From IMG/VR virus record IMGVR_UViG_3300048930_000283: a stretch of DNA of 64,000 nucleotides. One strand, written 5' to 3'. A program made the position numbers and the translations under genes. The DNA is from a virus. Its lineage: Duplodnaviria; Heunggongvirae; Uroviricota; Caudoviricetes. Position 1 is the stretch's first letter, and the number at the start of each line of letters is the position of its first letter. Positions 38,396 through 47,170 of this stretch are shown in pieces. Below the pieces are notes generated by a model that was not told the DNA's origin, ran no database searches, and saw nothing but the letters and a program-made list of their open reading frames with translations.

Positions 38396-38436
38396 ATTTA
38401 GTTGAACTCTAGTTATCTGATATGATTTATATTGTT

Positions 38437-39903
38437 CTACGTATTTCTCCTGTTTATTTCACTAACTATTTTCTGAAATTCATCTTCAAGCCTGAGCATC
38501 TCCTTTTTAGCACCTTTTCTACCATCTAACATCTCAGACATCAATTTCGGCAAAATGCCCTCTTTACCAATAGAATACGTTGATCCATTAGCAGCAACAG
38601 AGACCTCACCATCTCTAGGATACTCATTCATATCAACCATTTTATCTACGTTCATATCAACTATAGTTGAAGTGATGGTTTCTGGACTCATGTTCCATTG
38701 GCGAATGATATTTGGGTATAGAGAAGCAAAGTCGAAAGAAACCACCCACCCATACATGCCAGGAATTGGATCCTTTACATAGGCACCCTCGAATTCCCTA
38801 CTACTTCTCTTTGATTGTGGTGGGATAGCTATCTTTTGTTTAGATAGATAGTTGTAGATATACACATCCCAGGTCTTGACAGGACCGAACACATCCCTAA
38901 TATTACATTTTGCCTGATATGCAATCGAGATAACCAAATCAATCAATTGCATTTTATCATCCAACTTTAAAGGCAGAACCGTATCCTTACAGTTGTATTC
39001 AACGAATCGATTCCAATCTTTGCTGTAGAAGTCCTTGAACGTCGCATATGGGTTTTCAACCTTCTTCTCACCCAACTCAATTGATGAAATGTTATCTAGT
39101 GAATACGACTCCTGAGATGTATAGGTGAATTTCTTATACAACGTCAAATAGTCTAACTGAGTAACACCCAAAATCTCATAGGTCTGCACCTCTTTGCCTC
39201 TAATCTCAACCTTTCTCTCTTGAATAACACCAAATGGAGATAATTTCTTAACCCAATCATCATCCATTACACGAGCGATTCGGTTGACTAGATATGGAAA
39301 GTCAAATACATCAATAGACCAACCAGTTACAATTTCTGGATAATTCGCCTGCCAGTACTCAACAAACCCCCTTAGCATGGAATATTCATCTTTGAATAAC
39401 TTATACTCAAATTGGATATCACTATCTGCAGTTGGTGTGTATGACCTAGAACCAAACACAACCGACTTTCTGCTAGTTCTGTCTGTCAATGCTATTAGCA
39501 GGATTTCTTCATTGGCTGTTTCAATGTTAGGAAAACCTAGCTCCGAAGCACATTCTATATCCAAAGACTGAATGTTCATCTGCTTCGTGTCATATTGGAC
39601 TTCATCCGGGAAATGCTGATTAATATACTGATATTGAAACTGAGTCATTCCATGAAGCTCAAATCCTTCTACACCCTCATACTGTTTAACATAGTCTTTT
39701 GCCTCATTAATATCAGTGAATGATACCTCAGCTAAAGGATCACCATACAGAGAAACCCAATCCGAATGTTTCTTAGCACGAACGAAAAGAGAAGGAGAGA
39801 AAGAATCCTTGAGTGTGACCTTTCTCCCATTCTCTATACCGCGATAAAAAATTCTATTTCCGTACTGCCACGCCCCTATGTAAAATTTCAAAACCACCCC
39901 CAC
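38437..39903 (-). CDS. gp43: DNA polymerase B, N-terminal subunit (gp43A: exonuclease, palm A)
   Basis: LDIE, GWSIDVFDFPY, YNCKD, SFDFASLYP; ends at TAG within the fingers helix. Confidence 0.92.
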   Translation of the reverse strand: MGVVLKFYIGAWQYGNRIFYRGIENGRKVTLKDSFSPSLFVRAKKHSDWVSLYGDPLAEVSFTDINEAKDYVKQYEGVEGFELHGMTQFQYQYINQHFPDEVQYDTKQMNIQSLDIECASELGFPNIETANEEILLIALTDRTSRKSVVFGSRSYTPTADSDIQFEYKLFKDEYSMLRGFVEYWQANYPEIVTGWSIDVFDFPYLVNRIARVMDDDWVKKLSPFGVIQERKVEIRGKEVQTYEILGVTQLDYLTLYKKFTYTSQESYSLDNISSIELGEKKVENPYATFKDFYSKDWNRFVEYNCKDTVLPLKLDDKMQLIDLVISIAYQAKCNIRDVFGPVKTWDVYIYNYLSKQKIAIPPQSKRSSREFEGAYVKDPIPGMYGWVVSFDFASLYPNIIRQWNMSPETITSTIVDMNVDKMVDMNEYPRDGEVSVAANGSTYSIGKEGILPKLMSEMLDGRKGAKKEMLRLEDEFQKIVSEINRRNT

Positions 39904-40259
39904 TAAATATCAAACATACTTGAGGATACTCTAGGAAAGGAATCCTTTTTAGGGCACCTTCTCGAAGGATATAAACGACCCTGTTTCGTTATAACATGGT
40001 ACACAAAAACAACGTCACATAAATTTGGATTGACCCTACCACACCCAACATATGGTGTCGAGCCATTAGTAAATTTAGATCCCCCCTTAACCTGAACCTT
40101 TGCCAAATGGCCATCCTTTTCGGCAATAAAATCATATCCAGGATTTTTTAGTGACCTTGGCCAATTTATAATGCATCCTCGTTCGCTAAAATATGCGGCA
40201 GCAACTAGTTCAGCAGTTTGTCCAACTATAGTTCTCTCATTATGTTTATTTTTACTCAT
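39903..40259 (-). CDS. Free-standing PD-(D/E)XK endonuclease (homing-endonuclease-like)
   Basis: G..AE..AAAYF..RG, YDFIAEK...KVQVK. Confidence 0.75.
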   Translation of the reverse strand: MSKNKHNERTIVGQTAELVAAAYFSERGCIINWPRSLKNPGYDFIAEKDGHLAKVQVKGGSKFTNGSTPYVGCGRVNPNLCDVVFVYHVITKQGRLYPSRRCPKKDSFPRVSSSMFDI

Positions 40260-41527
40260 TTAAGTTCTCCAAACGAATTGGCAACATCCTTATCCTCACG
40301 GAAACAAACAAATCGAGGTAAGAACAACGACCACTTCCCGGTAAATTTATCCTGTATCTTTTGATTATACCTGACAGTAATGATCTTGTCAATTGTAGAA
40401 TCTCCAAGTGTCAACCGAACATCATCAGTAAATCCAGATACATTGACGGAGACAATACCATCAGAAGTTTCACAATCAAGAGCACCAACTTGCCCAATAA
40501 ATTTACCTTTACCTTCTTTCCACCCAACCACAACTAGGTCGGCCTCTTCCTCAGCCTTGATTTTCCCAAGGTCTTTAGTGCGCCTAGGAACCCACACTGA
40601 ATTAATATTTTTAAGAACAGCACCCTCTTCCCCATTACTAATGCACTTATTGTAGAAGTCTGTCGCCTCTTTTTCGTTATTTACTTCAACTGTTTCTACA
40701 ATAAAAAACTTATTTTCATCAATGTTACAATCAAGATCAGATTCAAATTCCAATACATCCATCAGACTTTGCAGTCTATCCTTATATGGTTTCTTACTGG
40801 TGAAATCTACGTTATCCCAAACGCAGAATCGAGCCATCTCAGCTTCAACCTCAGAAATGGTTCCTCGAATGGCTTTGTTTCCCAAACCATTGGATGTTTT
40901 TCTATCTAGAGGTTTTCCATTTTTGTAGAAAACAATCTCACCATCAAACGTCTGACCTGATTGCATGACACCCTTAGCATAGGAATCAAACTTACCAAGC
41001 AATTCAATTTGTTTTCCGTTTCGAGACCAGGCAGTTGCTTTCTTGCCATCATAATGAAGATGACACCGCATTCCATCTTTTTTTACTTGTGCATATGCGG
41101 GGTACTTGATACCAGATGTATCACTATGGGCAAGCATAACATCAAAGGTCGGAATAAGACCAGGCCAGATCTTATTGATTGTGGGGATACCAACACCACA
41201 CTTTAGGTCTCGTTCAATAACACGCTCAATTACTTCTGCATCATCTACATTGATGCAGCTCAGTAATGCGCCAAAATACTCAATACCTTTGTTTCCTGTA
41301 TATTCTCGAGACACCAATGGGTATAGGGATTTAAGGGCCCAATCTAGCCCCTGATCCTCTCTACACTTGTATGGCGGAATCTTTTTGATCCAATAGTTGA
41401 TGAAAGGATCATACGCAGCTTTAAACGTATCCTTTAGTAATTGATTGTTCTTCTCTCGTTTAAGAATTGCCTCCTTGGCTAGGCGTGAGTTGTCTGCTGC
41501 TAGTTCATTAAGAATTTTAAGTATCAT
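40256..41527 (-). CDS. gp30: ATP-dependent DNA ligase
   Basis: VKKDGMR, FDGEI, GEEGAVLK, KIK, SLFLPRF. Confidence 0.93.
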   Translation of the reverse strand: MILKILNELAADNSRLAKEAILKREKNNQLLKDTFKAAYDPFINYWIKKIPPYKCREDQGLDWALKSLYPLVSREYTGNKGIEYFGALLSCINVDDAEVIERVIERDLKCGVGIPTINKIWPGLIPTFDVMLAHSDTSGIKYPAYAQVKKDGMRCHLHYDGKKATAWSRNGKQIELLGKFDSYAKGVMQSGQTFDGEIVFYKNGKPLDRKTSNGLGNKAIRGTISEVEAEMARFCVWDNVDFTSKKPYKDRLQSLMDVLEFESDLDCNIDENKFFIVETVEVNNEKEATDFYNKCISNGEEGAVLKNINSVWVPRRTKDLGKIKAEEEADLVVVGWKEGKGKFIGQVGALDCETSDGIVSVNVSGFTDDVRLTLGDSTIDKIITVRYNQKIQDKFTGKWSLFLPRFVCFREDKDVANSFGELK

Positions 41528-41530
41528 ACT

Positions 41531-41710
41531 TTAGTACCAGGTTGGAACTGAATCAATTCGTTCTCTAAGCCACTCAATTTCATTTGCTGCCTCTTCTAGA
41601 AGATCAGCAATTCGATCTGGTTCTCCTTCTTGAACACTTTTCCTAGTTGGAATTTGGCGCCGGATTTCGGCCCGCTTCCTTAGACGATAAACAAGGTCAT
41701 TTTCATCCAT
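41531..41710 (-). CDS. 59-aa hypothetical protein (not in track)
   Basis: MDENDLVYRLRKRAEIRRQIPTRKSVQEGEPDRIADLLEEAANEI...; TAATG overlap. Confidence 0.7.
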   Translation of the reverse strand: MDENDLVYRLRKRAEIRRQIPTRKSVQEGEPDRIADLLEEAANEIEWLRERIDSVPTWY

Positions 41711-42465
41711 TATGCAGCAATCCTATTCAATAGTTTTTGGTTGGTAGAGAAACCCATTCGTGATGCAACTGTTACTTTTTCATTTTTATAAGTAAGTATG
41801 TGTTTCTTCACCGTGAAATTGACGTTATACGTATTTCCCTCCAAACCACCACGAAGGCAATTGTGATACATAATCACATTACCTTCATTGGTTTCAAATA
41901 CAGAAAGATACATTCGCCCAAAATCACCAATACCACGATCAATGACCCGTTTCAAGATAACGGTAGTATTGACCCTCTCACCCTCATTACCGATAAATTT
42001 AGACTTAGACACCACTGCAGGGGGTGGTTCAAACACGTCAATCTTGATACCAGGCGGCCGCTGCCACTCGAGTTTAGTTTTGGCGGAATCTGGTTCGCTG
42101 AAATTACCATTGTCTTCATAACGATACCCAAGCTTATATTTTCTTAGGACTCCGGTATCGTCCATAACATAAAACCAGCCAGAACGACGAATAGATTTTC
42201 TACCATAATCAGCCCACTTGGTGTAACCCTCCAGGATCATGCCAAATTCACCATCATGAAGTTCAACACCAAACATTTTAGCATTTGCGGCATCACGAGG
42301 AAAGGCAGCATCCGCAACCGGAAGCAACCGACTAGATACGTATGATTGTTGCTTAAAGCTAGTCCAACCACCAGACTTATACTTAATCATGGTGTTAATT
42401 GTCTTAGCAACATTAGCACAACCAAAACCCCATGTAAATTGCATGACCTTTACCTCAAATAACAA
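41710..42465 (-). CDS. Hypothetical protein with probable C-terminal OB-fold
   Basis: FIGNEGERV...GNVIMY...FTVKKH..YK. Confidence 0.55.
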   Translation of the reverse strand: MLFEVKVMQFTWGFGCANVAKTINTMIKYKSGGWTSFKQQSYVSSRLLPVADAAFPRDAANAKMFGVELHDGEFGMILEGYTKWADYGRKSIRRSGWFYVMDDTGVLRKYKLGYRYEDNGNFSEPDSAKTKLEWQRPPGIKIDVFEPPPAVVSKSKFIGNEGERVNTTVILKRVIDRGIGDFGRMYLSVFETNEGNVIMYHNCLRGGLEGNTYNVNFTVKKHILTYKNEKVTVASRMGFSTNQKLLNRIAA

Positions 42466-42527
42466 ACTATAATGTTATTATACAGGATAACCAATTTACA
42501 TGATATTATTATTCCAACTACTTGATT

Positions 42528-42794
42528 TTATGACCAATCTTCCCAGATAAACTTAGATGCATCTATTTCTAATTTATCCATCCACTCCCTCAAATCACCA
42601 TTATCCATGGAAGTCGAACCATGAAGTTCATCACCAACAATATTGATATCCCAACTATCACCCTTATATTGTTGAGTTCCGTATGCGTATGTCGCCTGCA
42701 TCAACCCAACCAACTGCTCGTCAGTTATATCAGCTAGTTTAACCACAAAACTAGCTGAGCTGGAATTACTAACAAACCCCATTCTAATTTTCAT
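42528..42794 (-). CDS. 'FVSNSSS' family protein 3
   Basis: MKIRMGFVSNSSSASF. Confidence 0.75.
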   Translation of the reverse strand: MKIRMGFVSNSSSASFVVKLADITDEQLVGLMQATYAYGTQQYKGDSWDINIVGDELHGSTSMDNGDLREWMDKLEIDASKFIWEDWS

Positions 42795-43291
42795 TCGTTA
42801 TCGTTCCCACCCTGAATAAACGACCCAGACCCAAATAAGAAATCTTTTAGTGTAGTTTCATCACTAAACATCTTTGTGTTTTCTCCTTCGGTAGCACTAG
42901 ATTGATGGTCGATATACGCAGAATCTGGTAAATTCCAAGTAATAGAACTAGCTCCGGTGTGCCGTTTTATAACCATATCTAGTACGTACTCAAAGGTCAT
43001 CTCACCTCTAAGAACATCTATCAATACTTTGTGACCAAATTTAGAATCAACGGATTCAAATCTAAAGTTAGTTGCATTACCCATCATTCTAGCTTGGATT
43101 TTAGCGAAGTTTAATCTGTCGTATATCGAATCATATTTGCGATTTGTCCACCCAAATTCACATTCACCAGAATCACCCAAAACTAATTCTTGACCAGCGA
43201 ATACATCATCAGACCACTCCAACCACCCGGGACTTATGACAATAAAACTTGAGGAAGAGCTATTACTCACAAAACCACATCGAATCTTCAT
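42791..43291 (-). CDS. 'FVSNSSS' family protein 2
   Basis: Start moved to MKIRCGFVSNSSSSSF (RBS GAGGA). Confidence 0.75.
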   Translation of the reverse strand: MKIRCGFVSNSSSSSFIVISPGWLEWSDDVFAGQELVLGDSGECEFGWTNRKYDSIYDRLNFAKIQARMMGNATNFRFESVDSKFGHKVLIDVLRGEMTFEYVLDMVIKRHTGASSITWNLPDSAYIDHQSSATEGENTKMFSDETTLKDFLFGSGSFIQGGNDNE

Positions 43292-43292
43292 A

Positions 43293-43730
43293 TCAATCCT
43301 CAACGGTAAAGGTTACAAAATCCTCAGAGAATAGGTTATCAAAACAACCAATTTCACTTCGTAATTCTGAACCAACACCACCACTTTCGTCTGAGACACG
43401 AACCAAATAAAAAATCATATCTTTATTCTGCTCCATTGCTGACTCCAACTGAGAACCATAAACCTCACCAACAGTATGAATTTCTTTATCAAAATCGTAA
43501 TTATCCTTGATATATCGTTTAACCTCATGCGCTTCATCCACAATATAATCAATGACGCCGGGCATATTACAGTATGCCTTCTGACAAATCTTCTTAACTA
43601 CTGCTCTATCCGGAATTGGTTTTGAGTCACTCAAGATATCCAAAAGATGTTGCTTTTCATCTTTAATTCGGATACCCATAATAAAACTTGAAGAAGAACT
43701 ATTACTTACAAAACCCATTCTAACTTTCAT
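43293..43730 (-). CDS. 'FVSNSSS' family protein 1
   Basis: Start moved to MKVRMGFVSNSSSSSF (RBS GGAG). Confidence 0.75.
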   Translation of the reverse strand: MKVRMGFVSNSSSSSFIMGIRIKDEKQHLLDILSDSKPIPDRAVVKKICQKAYCNMPGVIDYIVDEAHEVKRYIKDNYDFDKEIHTVGEVYGSQLESAMEQNKDMIFYLVRVSDESGGVGSELRSEIGCFDNLFSEDFVTFTVED

Positions 43731-43800
43731 ATGTCGTCTCCATAACAAAACAACTACATTTACTTCTTAATTTTTGCTCACACTTTTGATGCCTGTTCAT

Positions 43801-44919
43801 TCACAATGTCTTTAAAATTGGTCGGTATATAGTGTCAGATGCATTACCAATATCACCATGATACAAATCATATACTGGACAAAGTCTGCAATCACCACAA
43901 ATATGCGGGTGTTCCTGCTCAGTCAATTTCTTGCGAAAACGAAGTGTCTCAGGATCGTTCCAAACTTCCATAAAGTCCTTCTTACCAAGAACATTTACAC
44001 CAGACCAACCAGGTTGATCCTCAGTAAATGAACAATGCCAATAAACACCATCCACATTGATATAACTAGAGAACAACCCAGATTCACACGACTCGGCCAT
44101 CTCGGCATAACGATCGAAGTTCTTATCATTCTTCATAGAATACAGGAAAATAGGAGCAGTGCAAGAATCGAATCCAAGTTGTACCTCACGGTCAAGAGCA
44201 TGGTCAATAAGACCTTTGTACTTGGCAACATCCTTAACGATATTCATTCCATTTCGCTTGCCCTTGGGTTTTAGAGTAAGGAACATTACGGCCTTCAAGT
44301 GTTTGACTAACCTCTCGTCCGTAGCGGCATCCTCAATTAGATCATGACACTTTTGCAAAGTTTCAACCGATACGACTTGGTGAATGTTGCATTGGTGAAT
44401 GCCAGCCTTGCTTAGTAGCTGAATTGCATCGTAACAAACGTCCTTATCATGGTACAGACTAACTGCAACGCCACCACAATACTCACCCAAAATCTTCACC
44501 CACTCATCTGTGAGCCCATATCCGTTTATGGTGATGTTAGGTGCAACGCCATGTGCTCGACAATACTCAAACATCTTAACCAAATCGGTACACGAATCCA
44601 TATCCCCGATTCCGAATGCGATCTGGGTCAGTGTCTTAGGCATTGAGTCGAATATCTGTTTGAATGTGTCAAACGACATTTGCTCACCCTTGGGGATATT
44701 TGACTTGTAACAGTGCTTGCATGGTCCCTGATCTGTACCATGGCAAACAGTTGACACCTCTAGGTCGAGGATCTCAGGACCGAAAGGTGAATATTTCGGG
44801 TCATCTGCTGTGGTTTTGCCCCAACGAGCAAAATAACCCGACTGTTTATCAAACACGAAGTTGTATTCGTCTGATACTAGACGCTTATGCTGATCATTTT
44901 CTAAGATTGTGTATTTCAT
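43801..44919 (-). CDS. Radical SAM enzyme with SPASM/Twitch-like C-terminus
   Basis: C-x7-C-x2-C (CHGTDQGPCKHC), TING, CESG...HCSF...CRLC. Confidence 0.85.
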   Translation of the reverse strand: MKYTILENDQHKRLVSDEYNFVFDKQSGYFARWGKTTADDPKYSPFGPEILDLEVSTVCHGTDQGPCKHCYKSNIPKGEQMSFDTFKQIFDSMPKTLTQIAFGIGDMDSCTDLVKMFEYCRAHGVAPNITINGYGLTDEWVKILGEYCGGVAVSLYHDKDVCYDAIQLLSKAGIHQCNIHQVVSVETLQKCHDLIEDAATDERLVKHLKAVMFLTLKPKGKRNGMNIVKDVAKYKGLIDHALDREVQLGFDSCTAPIFLYSMKNDKNFDRYAEMAESCESGLFSSYINVDGVYWHCSFTEDQPGWSGVNVLGKKDFMEVWNDPETLRFRKKLTEQEHPHICGDCRLCPVYDLYHGDIGNASDTIYRPILKTL

Positions 44920-44940
44920 CTAAATTTAAAATAGTTTATG

Positions 44941-45013
44941 TGGGCCCGGAGGGACTTGAACCCCCAATCTACGAATTATGAGTTCGCTGCCTTGACCATT
45001 CGGCTACAGGCCC
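44941..45013 (-). tRNA. tRNA with CAU anticodon, probably Ile2 (lysidine type); CCA not encoded
   Basis: GGGCCTG/CGGGCCC acceptor stem, loop CT-CAT-AA, GGTTCAAGTCC T-arm; lacks the initiator GGG/CCC anticodon stem. Confidence 0.88.
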
Positions 45014-45019
45014 ATTGTT

Positions 45020-45187
45020 CTACACGAATTCCAAAAGATCAAAAATGTAATCTGGTTCTAGACCAAATTCTTCCAAGAGAAGCTCTTCTGGATCAGTCAT
45101 ATCTTCTGTTGCACTCTTAATCCATTTAATGACCTCGGATTCGGTCATGTCCTCACGATACATTAAAACCTGCACCAAATTATTCAT
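45020..45187 (-). CDS. Small acidic hypothetical protein
   Basis: Start moved to MNNLVQVLM; EEFGLEPDYIFDL. Confidence 0.6.
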   Translation of the reverse strand: MNNLVQVLMYREDMTESEVIKWIKSATEDMTDPEELLLEEFGLEPDYIFDLLEFV

Positions 45188-45188
45188 T

Positions 45189-45461
45189 CTACATTGACCA
45201 ATAGGTTTCCGAACTAGGATCGCAACACAGAGGGGTATTAACAGGTTGAGTGAACTCCTTCCCACTCACCAAATTGACTTTTGTTTCCGTCTTTTCAATA
45301 CCCTTATGGAAAAAGTCTTTATGAGCGATTAGCCACTCCTTGGGATCAAGTTTTGCTTTGGAGCGAACAACTTTAGCTCCTCTCCAAGTATCCCAAGATG
45401 ATTTATAAGTCTTGGGATGTTGATACAAGATGGTTGACTCTTTGTGATAGATAACAAACAT
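45189..45461 (-). CDS. Hypothetical protein
   Basis: C-terminal NTPLCCDPSSETYWSM. Confidence 0.65.
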   Translation of the reverse strand: MFVIYHKESTILYQHPKTYKSSWDTWRGAKVVRSKAKLDPKEWLIAHKDFFHKGIEKTETKVNLVSGKEFTQPVNTPLCCDPSSETYWSM

Positions 45462-45463
45462 GA

Positions 45464-45682
45464 TTACATATCCCGGTAAAGAACTACTGCGGGGTCCTGC
45501 CCCAGAATCTGATTCAACTCAGAAGCAGCGTCGTCATGCCACCCCATAACTTGTCGAATTTCCTCGGCCGTCTTGTCCGTTTCCATAGTGTACCGAGAAA
45601 CCATACCGCCATAGACGACAATCGAACTCACCAGCTGAGCAATCTTCTTAGCTTGTTTCTTGGAAAGCATCACAATCTCCAT
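45464..45682 (-). CDS. Hypothetical protein
   Basis: First gene downstream of a sigma70-type promoter. Confidence 0.5.
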   Translation of the reverse strand: MEIVMLSKKQAKKIAQLVSSIVVYGGMVSRYTMETDKTAEEIRQVMGWHDDAASELNQILGQDPAVVLYRDM

Positions 45683-45699
45683 ATCAACTAACAATTACA

Positions 45700-45727
45700 A
45701 TTATACAGGAAATGAAATAAAATGCAA
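45700..45727 (-). promoter_or_regulatory. Sigma70-type promoter
   Basis: TTGCAT-N16-TATAAT. Confidence 0.6.
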
Positions 45728-45769
45728 TATTTTACATAAACCATTGAATAGTTTAGAGAATTTTACTTT

Positions 45770-45777
45770 GATAAATA
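45770..45777 (+). promoter_or_regulatory. Late promoter-like GATAAATA
   Basis: Upstream of the only plus-strand gene. Confidence 0.6.
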
Positions 45778-45830
45778 TTTTATGGCACAAGAATTTAGCA
45801 ATCCCGCTAAAGCAGATGTCTAAGGAGAAA

Positions 45831-46625
45831 ATGAATATGACACAAATTACTTTCGCAAGTGGTCAGTACCCAAAAAGAATGACCGGAACAATCAAATTCA
45901 ATGCAGGTGGTTCTGGCACCTATACAATAGGGGAGAGTGTTACTGGATCTGGGTTCTCAGCAAGGGTTATCAAATGGGACGCTACCAATTACAAGCTAAC
46001 AGTCAAGGAAGTCTCTGGCACTCCGTCTGGAGTGATAACTGGTGGTAGTTCAGGTGCTGCATGGACTGTTGCAACGGTTAACTCAGTAACTTCTGGTGGT
46101 ATTGCAGTTAAAACTGGGGGTTGGAACCTAAGAGAAACAAATCATGGGATTACACGATCAAAGGTTATTGGTGGTCGTGTATTAGCAGAAGTTCTGTTAG
46201 CATCTGCCAACCTATTATCCAAGAGAACTGACTTCGCTACAATTCCAGCATTTACATTGACTGCGTTTACTTCAACAGGACCTTATGATGTAAGTGATGG
46301 TGATCTAATTACATTTACTATAACATCGTCTGAAGCAATTGAAGTTGTTGGTGCACCAACATATGCTATTACTGTGGGGGCCAATGGCAGAACAGCAACA
46401 TATTCCGATATTGATTCAGGTGGCACAGTCATGACCTTCCAGTATGCGGTTACTGCTGATGATATTGCTGGTCCTATCACATTAACATTAGCAGATGGGG
46501 ACTTCACCTTCCCAGCGGGTGCAGCATTCCTAGACAAAGCATCAGGTTCTGTTCTAGCTATGACTGGTACCGTATCAGCAACGGGTGGCCCAGTAACACA
46601 GGGTACAGTAACAATACAGGCTTAA
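45831..46625 (+). CDS. Virion structural/decoration-like protein
   Basis: RBS AAGGAG at 45822; G/S/T-rich; GWNLRE...GGRVLAEVLLA; flanked by late box and terminator. Confidence 0.7.
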   Translation: MNMTQITFASGQYPKRMTGTIKFNAGGSGTYTIGESVTGSGFSARVIKWDATNYKLTVKEVSGTPSGVITGGSSGAAWTVATVNSVTSGGIAVKTGGWNLRETNHGITRSKVIGGRVLAEVLLASANLLSKRTDFATIPAFTLTAFTSTGPYDVSDGDLITFTITSSEAIEVVGAPTYAITVGANGRTATYSDIDSGGTVMTFQYAVTADDIAGPITLTLADGDFTFPAGAAFLDKASGSVLAMTGTVSATGGPVTQGTVTIQA

Positions 46626-46642
46626 TTAGTTTTAAATAGACG

Positions 46643-46668
46643 GAAAAGCCCTCCTAGGAGGGCTTTTC
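46643..46668. terminator. Bidirectional terminator
   Basis: GAAAAGCCCTCC-TA-GGAGGGCTTTTC between convergent genes. Confidence 0.88.
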
Positions 46669-46669
46669 T

Positions 46670-46868
46670 TTACTTCTCAGTATTTGCTCTAACTTCAGCA
46701 AACGTCCATTCCTTAGTAATTTTACCATTAAAGAATACAGTTACTAACTGACCATCTCTTGACTGTATTTTGCCAATCAGGACATCCTGTGATTCCTCCT
46801 GCCATGAGTACAACAGTTTCACCAGGAAAAACACGATCTAGATCATTTGGACATTCAATAAAAATCAT
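46670..46868 (-). pseudogene. Deletion scar: deoxyribosyltransferase-like 5' fragment joined out of frame to a NAMPT-like 3' fragment
   Basis: Frame 1 MIFIECP...VVLMAGGITGCPDWQ; second frame RDGQLVTVFFNGKITKEWTFAEVRANTEK*. Confidence 0.65.
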
Positions 46869-47170
46869 ACTTCCCTCTCATCTTCTGATAGTTTATACTT
46901 TGTTGCATATACAGGAACCTTGTCAATAATTTCATTTAGATCAAACTCCATATTAACACCAAACACTTTCTCTTTGATGAAGTAGTGAGTTGAGCTGGCT
47001 GTATATGTGCGACCCATATCATTATAAGGAATAGAAATGACGTATGGTCTGACTTTATACTTCTTTCCTTTTATCATGACTTCCTTTATATCATCTACAT
47101 ACACCTTATTAACACTGTAGATGTCATATTCCCAGTCATTTCTGTAGCTTAATCTATCACCAGTTTTCAT
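46865..47170 (-). CDS. Hypothetical protein
   Basis: RBS GGAG; ATGA overlap. Confidence 0.55.
   Translation of the reverse strand: MKTGDRLSYRNDWEYDIYSVNKVYVDDIKEVMIKGKKYKVRPYVISIPYNDMGRTYTASSTHYFIKEKVFGVNMEFDLNEIIDKVPVYATKYKLSEDEREV

Noticed and set aside
38122-38436. Second intron between gp43A and gp43B
   Set aside because: No P7 (GACUA/UAGUC) or other group I/II hallmarks seen; an independent start for gp43B is simpler
38437-38439. TAG ending gp43A as evidence of stop-codon reassignment or readthrough
   Set aside because: Another in-frame stop follows within 8 codons, gp43B has its own RBS, and the other core genes translate intact with code 11
44941-45013. Link between tRNA-Ile2 (reads AUA) and the AUA start at 9879
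   Set aside because: Initiation uses fMet-tRNA, not Ile2; no mechanistic support
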